Source: Candidatus Aminicenantes bacterium (GTDB taxonomy: Bacteria; Acidobacteriota; Aminicenantia; Aminicenantales; JAFGBC01). Taken from it: DNA of 64,000 nt. The notes below the pieces were generated by a model, which was given only the letters and a program-made list of their open reading frames with translations, had not been told where the DNA came from and did not search any database. The DNA lies in NCBI GenBank assembly GCA_963702005.1, contig OY969696.1:2272001-2336000 (forward strand), given 5' to 3'. The translations under genes were made by a program, and so were the position numbers. Positions 19,417-28,409 of this stretch are shown piece after piece (within the stretch, counting starts at the first letter, position 1; each line of letters starts with the position of its first letter).

Positions 19417-19582
19417 CAGACATCTATTTACCCAATTGTTTTTTTAATAATTCAGCGGCTAATGACTTATTTCTAAAAATATTTCGAGTGTTCCCGGTAT
19501 TGAAAGTAGCTTTGAAGTTCTTTTCGGACCTAATCTCTACTCCCAGGTGCTGAGAAATTCGGTAAATAGATGTCTGTCACCA
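19411..19582. mobile_element. Family B MITE-like element, copy 2
   Basis: TGGTGACAGACATCTATTTACCCAATT 19411-19437 and AATTCGGTAAATAGATGTCTGTCACCA 19556-19582 (1 mismatch). Confidence 0.85.
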
Positions 19583-19599
19583 AATAATTATGACCAAAT

Positions 19600-19627
19600 A
19601 ATTAAGTCGTGTGTCCCCGGAATTATT
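19600..19627. repeat. Family A solo arm
   Basis: AATTAAGTCGTGTGTCCCCGGAATTATT immediately beyond the porB stop. Confidence 0.92.
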
Positions 19628-20530
19628 CTACTGGCACTTTTTCTGGAGAGCGGCCCAATTGCGGTCGACCTCGTCCTGCATAACCTTGATATCGTCATCC
19701 TTGAGATGGCGGAACCGTCCCTGGAGCCGGAGGTAGTCCGTGATCGGCTTCTTTTCGGCGACCTTGATGCTCATCTTGTAAGTCTCGCCGTTCTCGATCT
19801 CATACAGCGGAAATATCCCGTTCTGGACGACCATCCGGGCCAGCTTGACCGTGTCCTCGGGCCGGCTCTTCCAGCCGGTCGGGCAGGGCGCCCAGACGTG
19901 GAGGAACTTGGTGCCCCTAATCTCCTTGGCTTTTTTGGCCTTCTTGACCAGGTCCTCGGGGTAGGCGACGCTGGCCGTCGCGATGTAGGGGATGCGGTGG
20001 GCGGCCATGATGCCCACGATGTCCTTCTTGGGGCGGTTCTTGAAGTGCTTGACGGGGGTCGTGGTCGTCCAAGCCCCGTAAGGGGTTGCCGAGCTGCGCT
20101 GGATGCCCGTGTTCATGTAGGCTTCGTTGTCGTAGCAGACATAAATAATGTCGTCGTTCCGCTCGGCCGCCCCGCTCAGCGCCTGGAGCCCGATGTCGAA
20201 GGTCCCGCCGTCGCCCGCCCAGGCCAGGACTGTCGTCTCGGTATCGCCGACCATCTCCAGCCCGGCCTTGACGCCCGATGCCGACGAGGCCGCCGTCTCG
20301 AAGGCGCAGTGGAAGATTGGGATACCCAGCGAGGAGTGGGGGAAGGGTCCGTCGATGACGGCCCAGCAGCAGGCCGGGATGCAGACGATCGTTTTCTGGC
20401 CGAGACCCTTCAACACGTAGCGCATGGCCATGGTCGCTCCGCAGCCCTGGCAGGCGAGATGGCCCGGGCTCATCAGCTCTTCTTCGGGGATCGTCAGCTT
20501 CATGGTTTTTTTCTTGGCGTCTGGACTCAT
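19628..20530 (-). CDS. porB: Pyruvate/2-oxoacid:ferredoxin oxidoreductase beta subunit (TPP-binding)
   Basis: GHLACQGCG, AGDGGTFDIG, DNEAYMNTGIQRS, PCPTGW. Confidence 0.9.
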   Translation of the reverse strand: MSPDAKKKTMKLTIPEEELMSPGHLACQGCGATMAMRYVLKGLGQKTIVCIPACCWAVIDGPFPHSSLGIPIFHCAFETAASSASGVKAGLEMVGDTETTVLAWAGDGGTFDIGLQALSGAAERNDDIIYVCYDNEAYMNTGIQRSSATPYGAWTTTTPVKHFKNRPKKDIVGIMAAHRIPYIATASVAYPEDLVKKAKKAKEIRGTKFLHVWAPCPTGWKSRPEDTVKLARMVVQNGIFPLYEIENGETYKMSIKVAEKKPITDYLRLQGRFRHLKDDDIKVMQDEVDRNWAALQKKCQ

Positions 20531-21681
20531 CTCTTGACTCCTATCCAGCCGATCGGCTCGGCCTGCCGCGCCTGAGACATGGTGTCCTGGGCGATCTCGC
20601 GGAACATGTCGATCGTGATATCACGGCCTCCCAGCCCGGTGATGTAGCCGAACAGGGCTGGCGCCTTGGCCTCGCCGTACAGGGCGGACTTGATCTCCTG
20701 GTAGAAGATTCCGTGGTGGCCGTAGGAGCAGTTCCGGTCGACGACGGCCGCCTTGGGGACTTTGACGAGCGCCTCACGGACCTTCTGGAACGGGAAGGGC
20801 CGGAAAACCTTGATCCTTAGATTCCCGGCCTTGACGCCCCCTTTGCGGAGCTCGTCGACCGCGACCCGGGCCGTATAGCCGGCCGTGCCCGAGGTCACAA
20901 ACACGAAGTCGGCGTCGTCGCAGCGGTAGTCCTCGACCTGGCCCAGGTAGCGGCCGAAGATCTTCTCGTACTCACGACCGGTCTCCTCGATGGCGGCCGG
21001 GATTTTCTCCATGTCCTTCTGGAGCTTGTAGCGGAGCTCGAAGTAGTGGTCGGGCGAGGTCAGGGCGTTGAAAGCGTGCGGCTCCTTCGGCGTGAGCCGG
21101 AAGGGCGGGTTGAACTTGGGCAGGTAGGCGTCGACCTTGTCCTGGTCCGGGATGTCGACGACTTCGTAGGTATGGCTAAGGGCGAAGGCGTCCAGGACGA
21201 CCATGGAGGGGATCATGAACCGCTCCGAGACCTTGAAGGCCTGGATGACCGTGTCCACGACTTCCTGGTTCGACGCGCAGTAGAACTGGAGCCAGCCCGT
21301 GTCGCGCTGAGAGAGGCTGTCGTTCTGGTCGGTCCAGATGCTCCAGCCCGGCGCCATGGCCCGGTTGATGTTGCCCATCACGACCGGCTGGCGGCCGCCC
21401 GAGGCCCAGTGGAGGAGCTCGTGCATCAGGGCCAGGCCTTGGGCCGAGGTCGCCGTGAAGGTCCGGGCGCCGGCCAGCGACGCTCCCAGGCAGGCGGCCA
21501 TGGCCGAGTGCTCGGACTCGACCTTGATGAACTTGGCGTCGAGGGTCTTGGAGGCGCACATCTCGCTCAGGAGCTCGACGACCTGGGTCTGGGGCGTGAT
21601 CGGGTAGGCGGCGATGACCTGGGAGCGGGCCAGCATCGCCCCGTAGGAGAGGGCGTGGTTGCCCATGATGACTTTTTTCAT
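20527..21681 (-). CDS. porA: Pyruvate/2-oxoacid:ferredoxin oxidoreductase alpha subunit
   Basis: AAYPITPQT, VESEHSA, TATSAQGLALMHE, FRPFP, GLGGRDI. Confidence 0.9.
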   Translation of the reverse strand: MKKVIMGNHALSYGAMLARSQVIAAYPITPQTQVVELLSEMCASKTLDAKFIKVESEHSAMAACLGASLAGARTFTATSAQGLALMHELLHWASGGRQPVVMGNINRAMAPGWSIWTDQNDSLSQRDTGWLQFYCASNQEVVDTVIQAFKVSERFMIPSMVVLDAFALSHTYEVVDIPDQDKVDAYLPKFNPPFRLTPKEPHAFNALTSPDHYFELRYKLQKDMEKIPAAIEETGREYEKIFGRYLGQVEDYRCDDADFVFVTSGTAGYTARVAVDELRKGGVKAGNLRIKVFRPFPFQKVREALVKVPKAAVVDRNCSYGHHGIFYQEIKSALYGEAKAPALFGYITGLGGRDITIDMFREIAQDTMSQARQAEPIGWIGVKR

Positions 21682-21977
21682 TTCTCCTCCTCGACCATGG
21701 CGATGCACTTGGACGGGCATTCCTCGGCGCAGATGCCGCAGCCCTTGCAGTAGTCGTAGTCGATGACCGGGAAGTCGTCCTCGATGTAGATGGAAGTGTC
21801 CGGGCAGTACTTCCAGCAGATGCCGCACTGGATGCAGGCGGCCTTGTCGATGACGGGCCTGATGTTCCGCCAGGCCCCGGTCAGGTTATAAAGCATGGAG
21901 CCGAGGGACATCGGGGTCAGCGGGACCTCTTTCTCGGAAGCGAAAACGATCTTCTTGGTCGGCTTGAATTTCTTCAT
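21678..21977 (-). CDS. porD: Oxidoreductase delta subunit (2x4Fe-4S)
   Basis: TGAWR, CIQCGICWKYCP, YCKGCGICAEECP. Confidence 0.9.
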   Translation of the reverse strand: MKKFKPTKKIVFASEKEVPLTPMSLGSMLYNLTGAWRNIRPVIDKAACIQCGICWKYCPDTSIYIEDDFPVIDYDYCKGCGICAEECPSKCIAMVEEEK

Positions 21978-22007
21978 GGCGGTCCTTTCGCTCCTCCGGC
22001 GGCGGCC

Positions 22008-22556
22008 TCAGGCGGAGGCCTTCTTGTAAGCCTCCCGGGCGGCCGCCATGTTGGCGTCGGCGGCGGTCGGGACGCCCTCCTTGATGGCTGCGATCAGGGA
22101 TTCGAGCTTGGTCAGCCCGAGTAACTTGACGACGGCGCCGACGATGGCCGTATTGACGATGGGCGCGGCCAGCGTCCCCAGCTTGTGCTTGACGGCGATC
22201 CCGGTCGCGTTGATGGTCACGACCTTGAAGGCCTTGGGGAGCTTGAGTTCGCCGGGGTTCCGGTCGCTGTTGACGATGATCATGCCTCCCGGCTTGAGCC
22301 CTTCTGTGACGTCGATCGCCTCGAGCAGGGTCGGGTCGACCACGACCACATGGTCGGGGGTATAAATGCGGCTTTTGTCGTAAATGGGCTTGTCGTCGAT
22401 CCGGAGGAAGGCGAAGACCGGCGCCCCCCGGCGCTCCACCCCAAATTCCGGGTAGGCCTGGACGTAGTTTCCCTCTTTAGCCAGAGCGTCGGCGAGGACT
22501 TTGGAGGCGACGACCGTGCCCTGGCCGCCCCGGCCGTGGAAACGGATCTCGATCAT
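22008..22556 (-). CDS. porC: Oxidoreductase gamma subunit
   Basis: MIEIRFHGRGGQG, FGVERRGAPV; RBS AAAGGAG upstream. Confidence 0.9.
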   Translation of the reverse strand: MIEIRFHGRGGQGTVVASKVLADALAKEGNYVQAYPEFGVERRGAPVFAFLRIDDKPIYDKSRIYTPDHVVVVDPTLLEAIDVTEGLKPGGMIIVNSDRNPGELKLPKAFKVVTINATGIAVKHKLGTLAAPIVNTAIVGAVVKLLGLTKLESLIAAIKEGVPTAADANMAAAREAYKKASA

Positions 22557-22574
22557 TTCAAACTCCTTTCTAAA

Positions 22575-22643
22575 TAATTCGGGGGACACACGACTTAATT
22601 CCCTCGGCGGCTGTGATAATTAAGTCGTGTGTCCCCCGAATTA
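22575..22643. repeat. Family A inverted-repeat element, perfect 26-bp arms, 17-nt spacer
   Basis: TAATTCGGGGGACACACGACTTAATT 22575-22600 / AATTAAGTCGTGTGTCCCCCGAATTA 22618-22643. Confidence 0.96.
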
Positions 22644-22662
22644 CCTCGACCATGAGTTTTAA

Positions 22663-22691
22663 AGTTTATGGTTTGGAGCGGGGAGTGTCAA
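22663..22691 (-). promoter_or_regulatory. Sigma70-like promoter of the por operon
   Basis: Minus strand TTGACA(22691-22686)-N17-TAAACT(22668-22663). Confidence 0.7.
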
Positions 22692-22692
22692 G

Positions 22693-24486
22693 TTATTCGG
22701 CGATGACAGCGGCGTAGGAGGGAATCGTCCGGACGAGCTCCTCATGACTTCCGGCCCCCGCGAGCCTGCCGCCCTCGAAAAACAGGACGCGCTGCGCCCG
22801 CTTAATAGTCGATAGACGGTGCGAGACGAGGAACAGGGTCTTTTTCCTGGCGGCCTCGGGCAGCATCACGAACAAAGACCGCTCCGTGGCGCCGTCCAGA
22901 GCTGAGGTCGGTTCATCGAGGACGAGGATGTCCGGTTTCTTGACAAGGGCCCTGGCGATCGAAAGCCTCTGCCGCTGGCCCTCCGAAAAATTGACGCCGT
23001 CTTCGCCGACGTGCGTCTCGTAGCCGTTGGGAAGCCCGGCGATGAAAAAGTGGATTCCGGCCAGCTTGGCGGCTTCGCGCGCCCCCTCCGGACCGGCCGA
23101 TTCATCCCCGTACAGGATGTTCTCCATGATGGTCCCGCTCTGTAGCTGGGTCGACTGGGAGACATAGCCGATCCGCTTGCGGAGCGAGTCGAGCTCGTAT
23201 TCTCCGGCCGGCCGCCCGTCGATATAAACTTCGCCCGACGTCGGCTTGTAGAAGCGGAGGATGAGGCTGAGAAGGGTCGTTTTTCCGACGCCGGAAGCCC
23301 CCACCAGGGCGATTTGCTCCCCGGGCTCGACTTTGAACGAAACTCCGTCCAGAACTTTCTCGCCGCCGCCGTAGGAGAACGAAACGCCCCTGAACTCGAC
23401 CCGCCCCTTCAGCCGTTCCACCTGCAGCCCCTGTCCCAAGTTCTCCTCGGGAACGATCTCGAACAGGTTCGAAACCCTCTCCAACGCGGCGAAGGCGAGC
23501 TGGAACTGGAAATTGGCGCCGGCCAGGAATTGGGCGGGCGAAAAGACATAGCCGAGCGAGGTCTGGAAGGCCAGCAGAGACCCGATCGTCCATCGGCCGC
23601 GGATGATCAGGATGGCCCCCACGACCAGGACGATGAATTGGGCCAGGTAGGGGACGAGGCCCACGGCCGTCCCGGCCGCCGACGAGACCGTGCTCTGCTC
23701 AATGTTGATCTGGACGAGCGACCGGAGGCGGGACATGACCTTCCCGACCTCCCTCTTTTCGGCGGCGAAGGCCTTGACCAGGGTCGAGGTCGCCAGGGAC
23801 TCCTCCATGACCCGCGTCACCTCGGCCTGCCGCTCCATCCCGTGATGGCCGAGGTGCCTCATCTTTTGGCTGAAGAAACGGACGGCCCAGACGAGAAGCG
23901 GCAGGGTCGCCAGGACGGACGCGGCCAGCAGCCATTTGAGATAGAGGAGGAGCGCGACGCCGCCGACGAGGCGGATGGCCGACGCGGCGATGTGGGGGAC
24001 CGTCGCGGAAAAAAACCAGCGCAAACCCTGAACGTCCCCCAAAACCCGGGACATGATGTAGCCCGTCTCCTTCTCGTCGAAGAAGGATTTGGGGAGACGC
24101 AGAGTCCGGTCGATGAGGTCTTCTTGGATCTCGAGAAGGACCTCCTGCTCGAACCGGGCGAAGAAATAATTCTGCCAGGCCCCGAGCAGGATCTCGGCCG
24201 CCTTGGCCGCAACCAGGAGCGCGACGGCCGCCGCTAAAAGCCCGATCTGCTTGCCCAAAATGACGCGGTCGACGAGATAGCGCATGATGAGCGGAACGGG
24301 AAGGGCGACGATCGAGGCCGCCGCGACGATCGCGGCCCCCAAGGCGGCCCGCGCCCAGCGGCGCTGCAGGTAAGGCGCGAAGCGGCGGAGCCGGTCTCGC
24401 CAATCCTTGCCGGGCGCGAGGCCGATCCGGTCCTCGGGCATCGGGCGTTCGAGGCCCTGTTTCAGGTATCGAATGAACGATCTCAT
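22693..24486 (-). CDS. ABC exporter, fused permease/ATPase
   Basis: TM domain plus GASGVGKTT, FSEGQRQRLSIARAL, LDEPTSALD; ATGA overlap with the upstream gene. Confidence 0.9.
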   Translation of the reverse strand: MRSFIRYLKQGLERPMPEDRIGLAPGKDWRDRLRRFAPYLQRRWARAALGAAIVAAASIVALPVPLIMRYLVDRVILGKQIGLLAAAVALLVAAKAAEILLGAWQNYFFARFEQEVLLEIQEDLIDRTLRLPKSFFDEKETGYIMSRVLGDVQGLRWFFSATVPHIAASAIRLVGGVALLLYLKWLLAASVLATLPLLVWAVRFFSQKMRHLGHHGMERQAEVTRVMEESLATSTLVKAFAAEKREVGKVMSRLRSLVQINIEQSTVSSAAGTAVGLVPYLAQFIVLVVGAILIIRGRWTIGSLLAFQTSLGYVFSPAQFLAGANFQFQLAFAALERVSNLFEIVPEENLGQGLQVERLKGRVEFRGVSFSYGGGEKVLDGVSFKVEPGEQIALVGASGVGKTTLLSLILRFYKPTSGEVYIDGRPAGEYELDSLRKRIGYVSQSTQLQSGTIMENILYGDESAGPEGAREAAKLAGIHFFIAGLPNGYETHVGEDGVNFSEGQRQRLSIARALVKKPDILVLDEPTSALDGATERSLFVMLPEAARKKTLFLVSHRLSTIKRAQRVLFFEGGRLAGAGSHEELVRTIPSYAAVIAE

Positions 24487-25121
24487 AGTTTGGGTCCGCC
24501 GATCCAGCCGGCCGCCGCTTCCCGCTTCCGGTTGATCTCCCTCCACAGGACGAGGTCGAAAGGCTTCCGGATGCGATATTCGTTCCGGGTGGGCCACCAA
24601 GTTCCCACGACGCGGCCGCGGTAAGTATATTCTACATAGCCCCCGTCCGGAGAGCCATACCGGACCCGGCTGATATCCGGTTTCCAGAGGCCGGCGACGA
24701 GCCCGCTTTGCCTCAGCCCCCGGTAAAGCGGCCTCAAGGGAGCGGCTATTAGGCGCCCGGCCGCGCGAAGCGCCCGATGTCTGAGAGTCTGCCGGAGCCC
24801 CTGTCGTCCGCCGTGGATTTTATGGATGCGGCCTCCGCGCTCGATTCGAACGACGCGTCCGATGACCTCATCCGGCCGGACCGGTCTCTCGTCGGGCAGG
24901 GGGTTGAAGTCTCCCCGGGTGATGAATCCTCGGGGAGTCGAGAGGATGATCCGGTGGGCTGTCTCGCGGGTAGCCGGGTCCGCGCCCTCCGTTTGATAGA
25001 TGATGATATCGCCCGGACTGAGGTCGTCGACGCGTACGGCCAAGTCGATGTGGAGGATGTCACCGGGCCGGAAGATCGGTTCCATGCTCCGGCCGCGGTA
25101 ATAGCGAATCTGGTTACCCAT
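24483..25121 (-). CDS. S24/S26-family peptidase-like protein, soluble
   Basis: GRSMEP (Ser), AHRI (His), TRGDFN..D, VIGRV; no TM anchor. Confidence 0.7.
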   Translation of the reverse strand: MGNQIRYYRGRSMEPIFRPGDILHIDLAVRVDDLSPGDIIIYQTEGADPATRETAHRIILSTPRGFITRGDFNPLPDERPVRPDEVIGRVVRIERGGRIHKIHGGRQGLRQTLRHRALRAAGRLIAAPLRPLYRGLRQSGLVAGLWKPDISRVRYGSPDGGYVEYTYRGRVVGTWWPTRNEYRIRKPFDLVLWREINRKREAAAGWIGGPKL

Positions 25122-25209
25122 TTAATGGTTTGCCTCTTCGAAAATGCCCTAACAGATTCTATTTAGAGAGTCCTATCGATGTCAACAAAGAGGCGTCGGA
25201 ATAGATCGT

Positions 25210-26214
25210 TCAGCGGAGGCCGAGTAGCAACCTTCTAGTCAGGACGTAACGCTGGAAAACAATATGGGCCAGGATCGATAGGGAGAGGGCACCCAAAAGA
25301 ATAATCCCAAAGCGAGCGGCCGGATCATGGATTGGTACTAAGTTCGCGAGGAGTATCTGAACGGCCACGATGGCGTAGATATGATATAGAAAGATCGAGT
25401 AGGAATACTCGCCAAGGGGGGCCAGCCATCCGATTTTGGCTTTGAATTTGAACAAGAAAAACAGCAAGGGCAAGCTGATGCAAACATAGAACAGACTGCC
25501 CTTATAATCCGGTATCTTTAATCGCCCCAGAAGAATCAGAATCTGTAGTATCAGGCCGAACAAAGCTAAAACCGCCGCCAAACACGCGCTCCGACGAAAA
25601 TTTAAGAGAGCCTTGAAGCGGCCGAGGCCCATCCCGAAGAGGAAATAGGGGAGTAAAAAAAGGAATCCATCGAGCGAAAAAGGGAAGTTAATTATTGAGA
25701 ACGTTTTGGGTCCCGCCAAGAGGAGGACCGGCAGGATCGCCAAGCCCATAGCCATTAGCCACGATAATGATTTGTCCAATAATTTTTTTGACTCGAAAAT
25801 GGTTAGGATGGCAAAAATTAAAAAGAGGGCTTGGAGAAACCAGAATTGACCGACGGGGAAAATGAAGATTTTCCATATTTCAAGGATTTTTGCGGGCGGT
25901 TCTACATAGGGGGGCGCATGATTGAAGAGAAGGTAGATAGGGCTTATACAGAACATGGGAATGAGCAGCCTCCTGGCTTTCCCTTGCAGAAACTTCAGGC
26001 TGCCTCCCGGAGCGAGCGGCCGGAGCGCATAAACATAGCCGGAAATGCCCGCGAACAAAGGCATCCGGATAAAGCCGAGAATGTGCATAAACCCAGAGAA
26101 TAAGCCGGGAGGCGAACTCCCGGCCCAAACATTAATATGGGATGCCGCGATCAACAAAATGGCCAGGCCGCGGAGAGACTCTAGCTTCTGATCCTTGTTC
26201 TCGTTTTGTGCCAT
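25210..26214 (-). CDS. Acyltransferase family 3 (membrane O-acyltransferase)
   Basis: LRGLAILLI..H, RMPLF..ISGY, RRLLIP, WFLQAL, LGEYSYSIFLYH. Confidence 0.85.
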   Translation of the reverse strand: MAQNENKDQKLESLRGLAILLIAASHINVWAGSSPPGLFSGFMHILGFIRMPLFAGISGYVYALRPLAPGGSLKFLQGKARRLLIPMFCISPIYLLFNHAPPYVEPPAKILEIWKIFIFPVGQFWFLQALFLIFAILTIFESKKLLDKSLSWLMAMGLAILPVLLLAGPKTFSIINFPFSLDGFLFLLPYFLFGMGLGRFKALLNFRRSACLAAVLALFGLILQILILLGRLKIPDYKGSLFYVCISLPLLFFLFKFKAKIGWLAPLGEYSYSIFLYHIYAIVAVQILLANLVPIHDPAARFGIILLGALSLSILAHIVFQRYVLTRRLLLGLR

Positions 26215-26230
26215 GATTTTTTTAAAAGTC

Positions 26231-27085
26231 TCAGGCGTGCTTGAATTCCTGCGACCGGTATAGGTCCTTGAGCCAGAGGGCGTCCTCCTCGAGGTTGGGG
26301 CTCTCGCAGATGACCAGCCCCCGCGTCCCGAACTCCCTCAGGGCCCGGATCCATTCCTCGGCCCGGAAATCCGAGTCTGCCAGGTTGATGTGGCGGATCT
26401 CGCCCTTCTCGTTGAAGTCCGCGCCGGAAATGTGTATGTGGACGTCGTGAAGCGCCTTCTCGCCCAGCTTCTTGCGGACCTTGGACAGGATCCGGCGGAA
26501 CCCGTCGTAGGAGTTGACCTTGCCTTCCCGCGCATAGATATGGGAGAAATCGAGGCAGGGCTGGAGCCCCTCGAGCTCCCGGCACAGCAAAAGGACCTCG
26601 TCGAACGACCCGAACTGGGAGCGCTTGCCCATGGTCTCGATCCGGAGCCTGACCGGGTTCTTCTCGGCCCTGAGGATGGAGAGAATCTCCTTAAGCTCAG
26701 CCTTAATCGCGGCAAAAGCCTTTTCAGCCGGGTCCTGCCCGTAGTACCCGGCGTGGAAGACAAGGCTCCGGGCGCCGCAGGCCCGGCCCAGCCGCGCCGT
26801 GTTGAGGAGGCGCTCCCGGCTCATGAGGCGCTTCCCCTGATCGGGCGAGTTGAGGTTGATAAAGTAGGGAGCGTGGACGGACAGGACGATCTCCAGCCGC
26901 GCCGCCTTGTCCCGGATGGCCTGGGCCGTATCCGTCCCCATTTTCGCCCCTTTGACGAACTCGATCTCCATGCCGTCGAGCTCGAGCCGGACGACCTGGT
27001 CAAGGGCGGCCAGGGAGGAATCGGTCGGCGTCGCGTGGGGGATTCCGGCGGTCCCGAACAGGAGCCTCTCAGCAGCGGTCAACAT
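26231..27085 (-). CDS. Endonuclease IV / AP-endonuclease-2 TIM-barrel protein
   Basis: HAPYFINLNS, FHAG, ETMGKRSQFG, CLDFSH, HIHIS, CESP. Confidence 0.85.
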   Translation of the reverse strand: MLTAAERLLFGTAGIPHATPTDSSLAALDQVVRLELDGMEIEFVKGAKMGTDTAQAIRDKAARLEIVLSVHAPYFINLNSPDQGKRLMSRERLLNTARLGRACGARSLVFHAGYYGQDPAEKAFAAIKAELKEILSILRAEKNPVRLRIETMGKRSQFGSFDEVLLLCRELEGLQPCLDFSHIYAREGKVNSYDGFRRILSKVRKKLGEKALHDVHIHISGADFNEKGEIRHINLADSDFRAEEWIRALREFGTRGLVICESPNLEEDALWLKDLYRSQEFKHA

Positions 27086-28376
27086 CGGCCCTTCCCTTCG
27101 GATTCAGGAATTCGCCGACGATGCGCATGGCGCAGAAGTCGCCGCACATGGAACAGGCCTTGGACCGCGTTTTCCGTTTAGCGCGGACCGCGTCGAATTT
27201 ATAGGGATCGATGACGAAATCGCGCTGGCGGGCCCAGTCGAGCTTCTTGCGCGCCAGCGAGACCTGGAGGTCGCGGTCGATCGCGCCCTTGACCCCCTTG
27301 ACGATGTCGCCCGCGTGGGCGGCGATCCGAGAAGCGATGATCCCGTCGCGGACGTCCTCCGCTGTGGGAAGGCCCAGGTGCTCGGCCGGCGTGACGTAGC
27401 AGAGAAAGTCGGCGCCTGCGGCCGCAGCAATGGCCCCTCCGACGGCTCCTGCGATGTGATCGTAGCCGGCCGCGATGTCGGTTACGAGCGGGCCGAGGAC
27501 GTAGAAGGGCGCGCCGTGGCAGAGGCGCTTTTCGAGCTTCATGTTCATTTCGACCTGGTCGAGCGGGACGTGGCCGGGCCCCTCGACCATGACCTGGACG
27601 TCCGCCTGCCGGCAGCGCTTGACGAGCTCGCCCAGGGTTAAAAGCTCTTCGAACTGAGGACGATCAGAGGCGTCGACGACAGAGCCGGGCCTTAGGCCGT
27701 CGCCAAGGCTGAGCGTGATGTCGAAGCGGCGCGCGATCTCGAGGAGCCGGTCGAAGCGCTCGAAGAGGGGATTCTCCCGGTCATGATGGAGCATCCAGGC
27801 GAGATGGAATGCGCCGCCCCGAGACACGATGTCGGCGACCCGGCCCTGGCTTTTAAGGCGGGCGATGGCCCGCTGGGTGAGTCCGCAATGGACGGTCATG
27901 AAATCGACGCCCTCGCGCGCCTGGGACTCGATCGAGGCGAACAGGTCTTCCTCGGTCATACGGACGATGGAGCCGCGCCGGCCGATGGCCTTGATCGCGG
28001 CTTGGTAGATGGGTACGGTTCCGAGCGGGATGGGCGTCGCGGCCAGTATGCGGCTCCGGATGCGGACGAGGTCGCCGCCCGTGCTCAGATCCATAAGAGT
28101 GTCGCCGCCGTATTTGAGGGTGACCCTGACCTTGGCCAGCTCCTGCCGGACTTCAGGGAAGTCGCGGGAAGTGCCGAGGTTGACGTTGATTTTGGTGCGG
28201 AGGCCGCGGCCGATCCCGCAGGCGAGGAGGGGGGCATGTCGGGGGTTCCAGGGGATGACGGCGAAGCCGCGGAGAAGTAGGTCGGCGATCTCTTCGGCCG
28301 GAAAGCCTTCGGACCGAGCGACCTTCCGGACCGGATGCGGGATCGTCCCTTTTCGGACTTTTTCGATGAGTGTCAT
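27069..28376 (-). CDS. thiC: Phosphomethylpyrimidine synthase ThiC (short form)
   Basis: MDLSTGG, GTVPIYQ, SRGG, LGDGLRPG, EGPGH, CYVTPAEHL, CSMCGDFC. Confidence 0.93.
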   Translation of the reverse strand: MTLIEKVRKGTIPHPVRKVARSEGFPAEEIADLLLRGFAVIPWNPRHAPLLACGIGRGLRTKINVNLGTSRDFPEVRQELAKVRVTLKYGGDTLMDLSTGGDLVRIRSRILAATPIPLGTVPIYQAAIKAIGRRGSIVRMTEEDLFASIESQAREGVDFMTVHCGLTQRAIARLKSQGRVADIVSRGGAFHLAWMLHHDRENPLFERFDRLLEIARRFDITLSLGDGLRPGSVVDASDRPQFEELLTLGELVKRCRQADVQVMVEGPGHVPLDQVEMNMKLEKRLCHGAPFYVLGPLVTDIAAGYDHIAGAVGGAIAAAAGADFLCYVTPAEHLGLPTAEDVRDGIIASRIAAHAGDIVKGVKGAIDRDLQVSLARKKLDWARQRDFVIDPYKFDAVRAKRKTRSKACSMCGDFCAMRIVGEFLNPKGRADVDRC

Positions 28377-28409
28377 GACGGTTAGGCCTGAACGTTCGGC
28401 CAGGGCCTA

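Noticed and set aside
10367-22643. ~28-bp repeats with spacers as a CRISPR array
   Set aside because: Repeats are inverted pairs scattered over kilobases, not tandem direct repeats, and no cas genes are present
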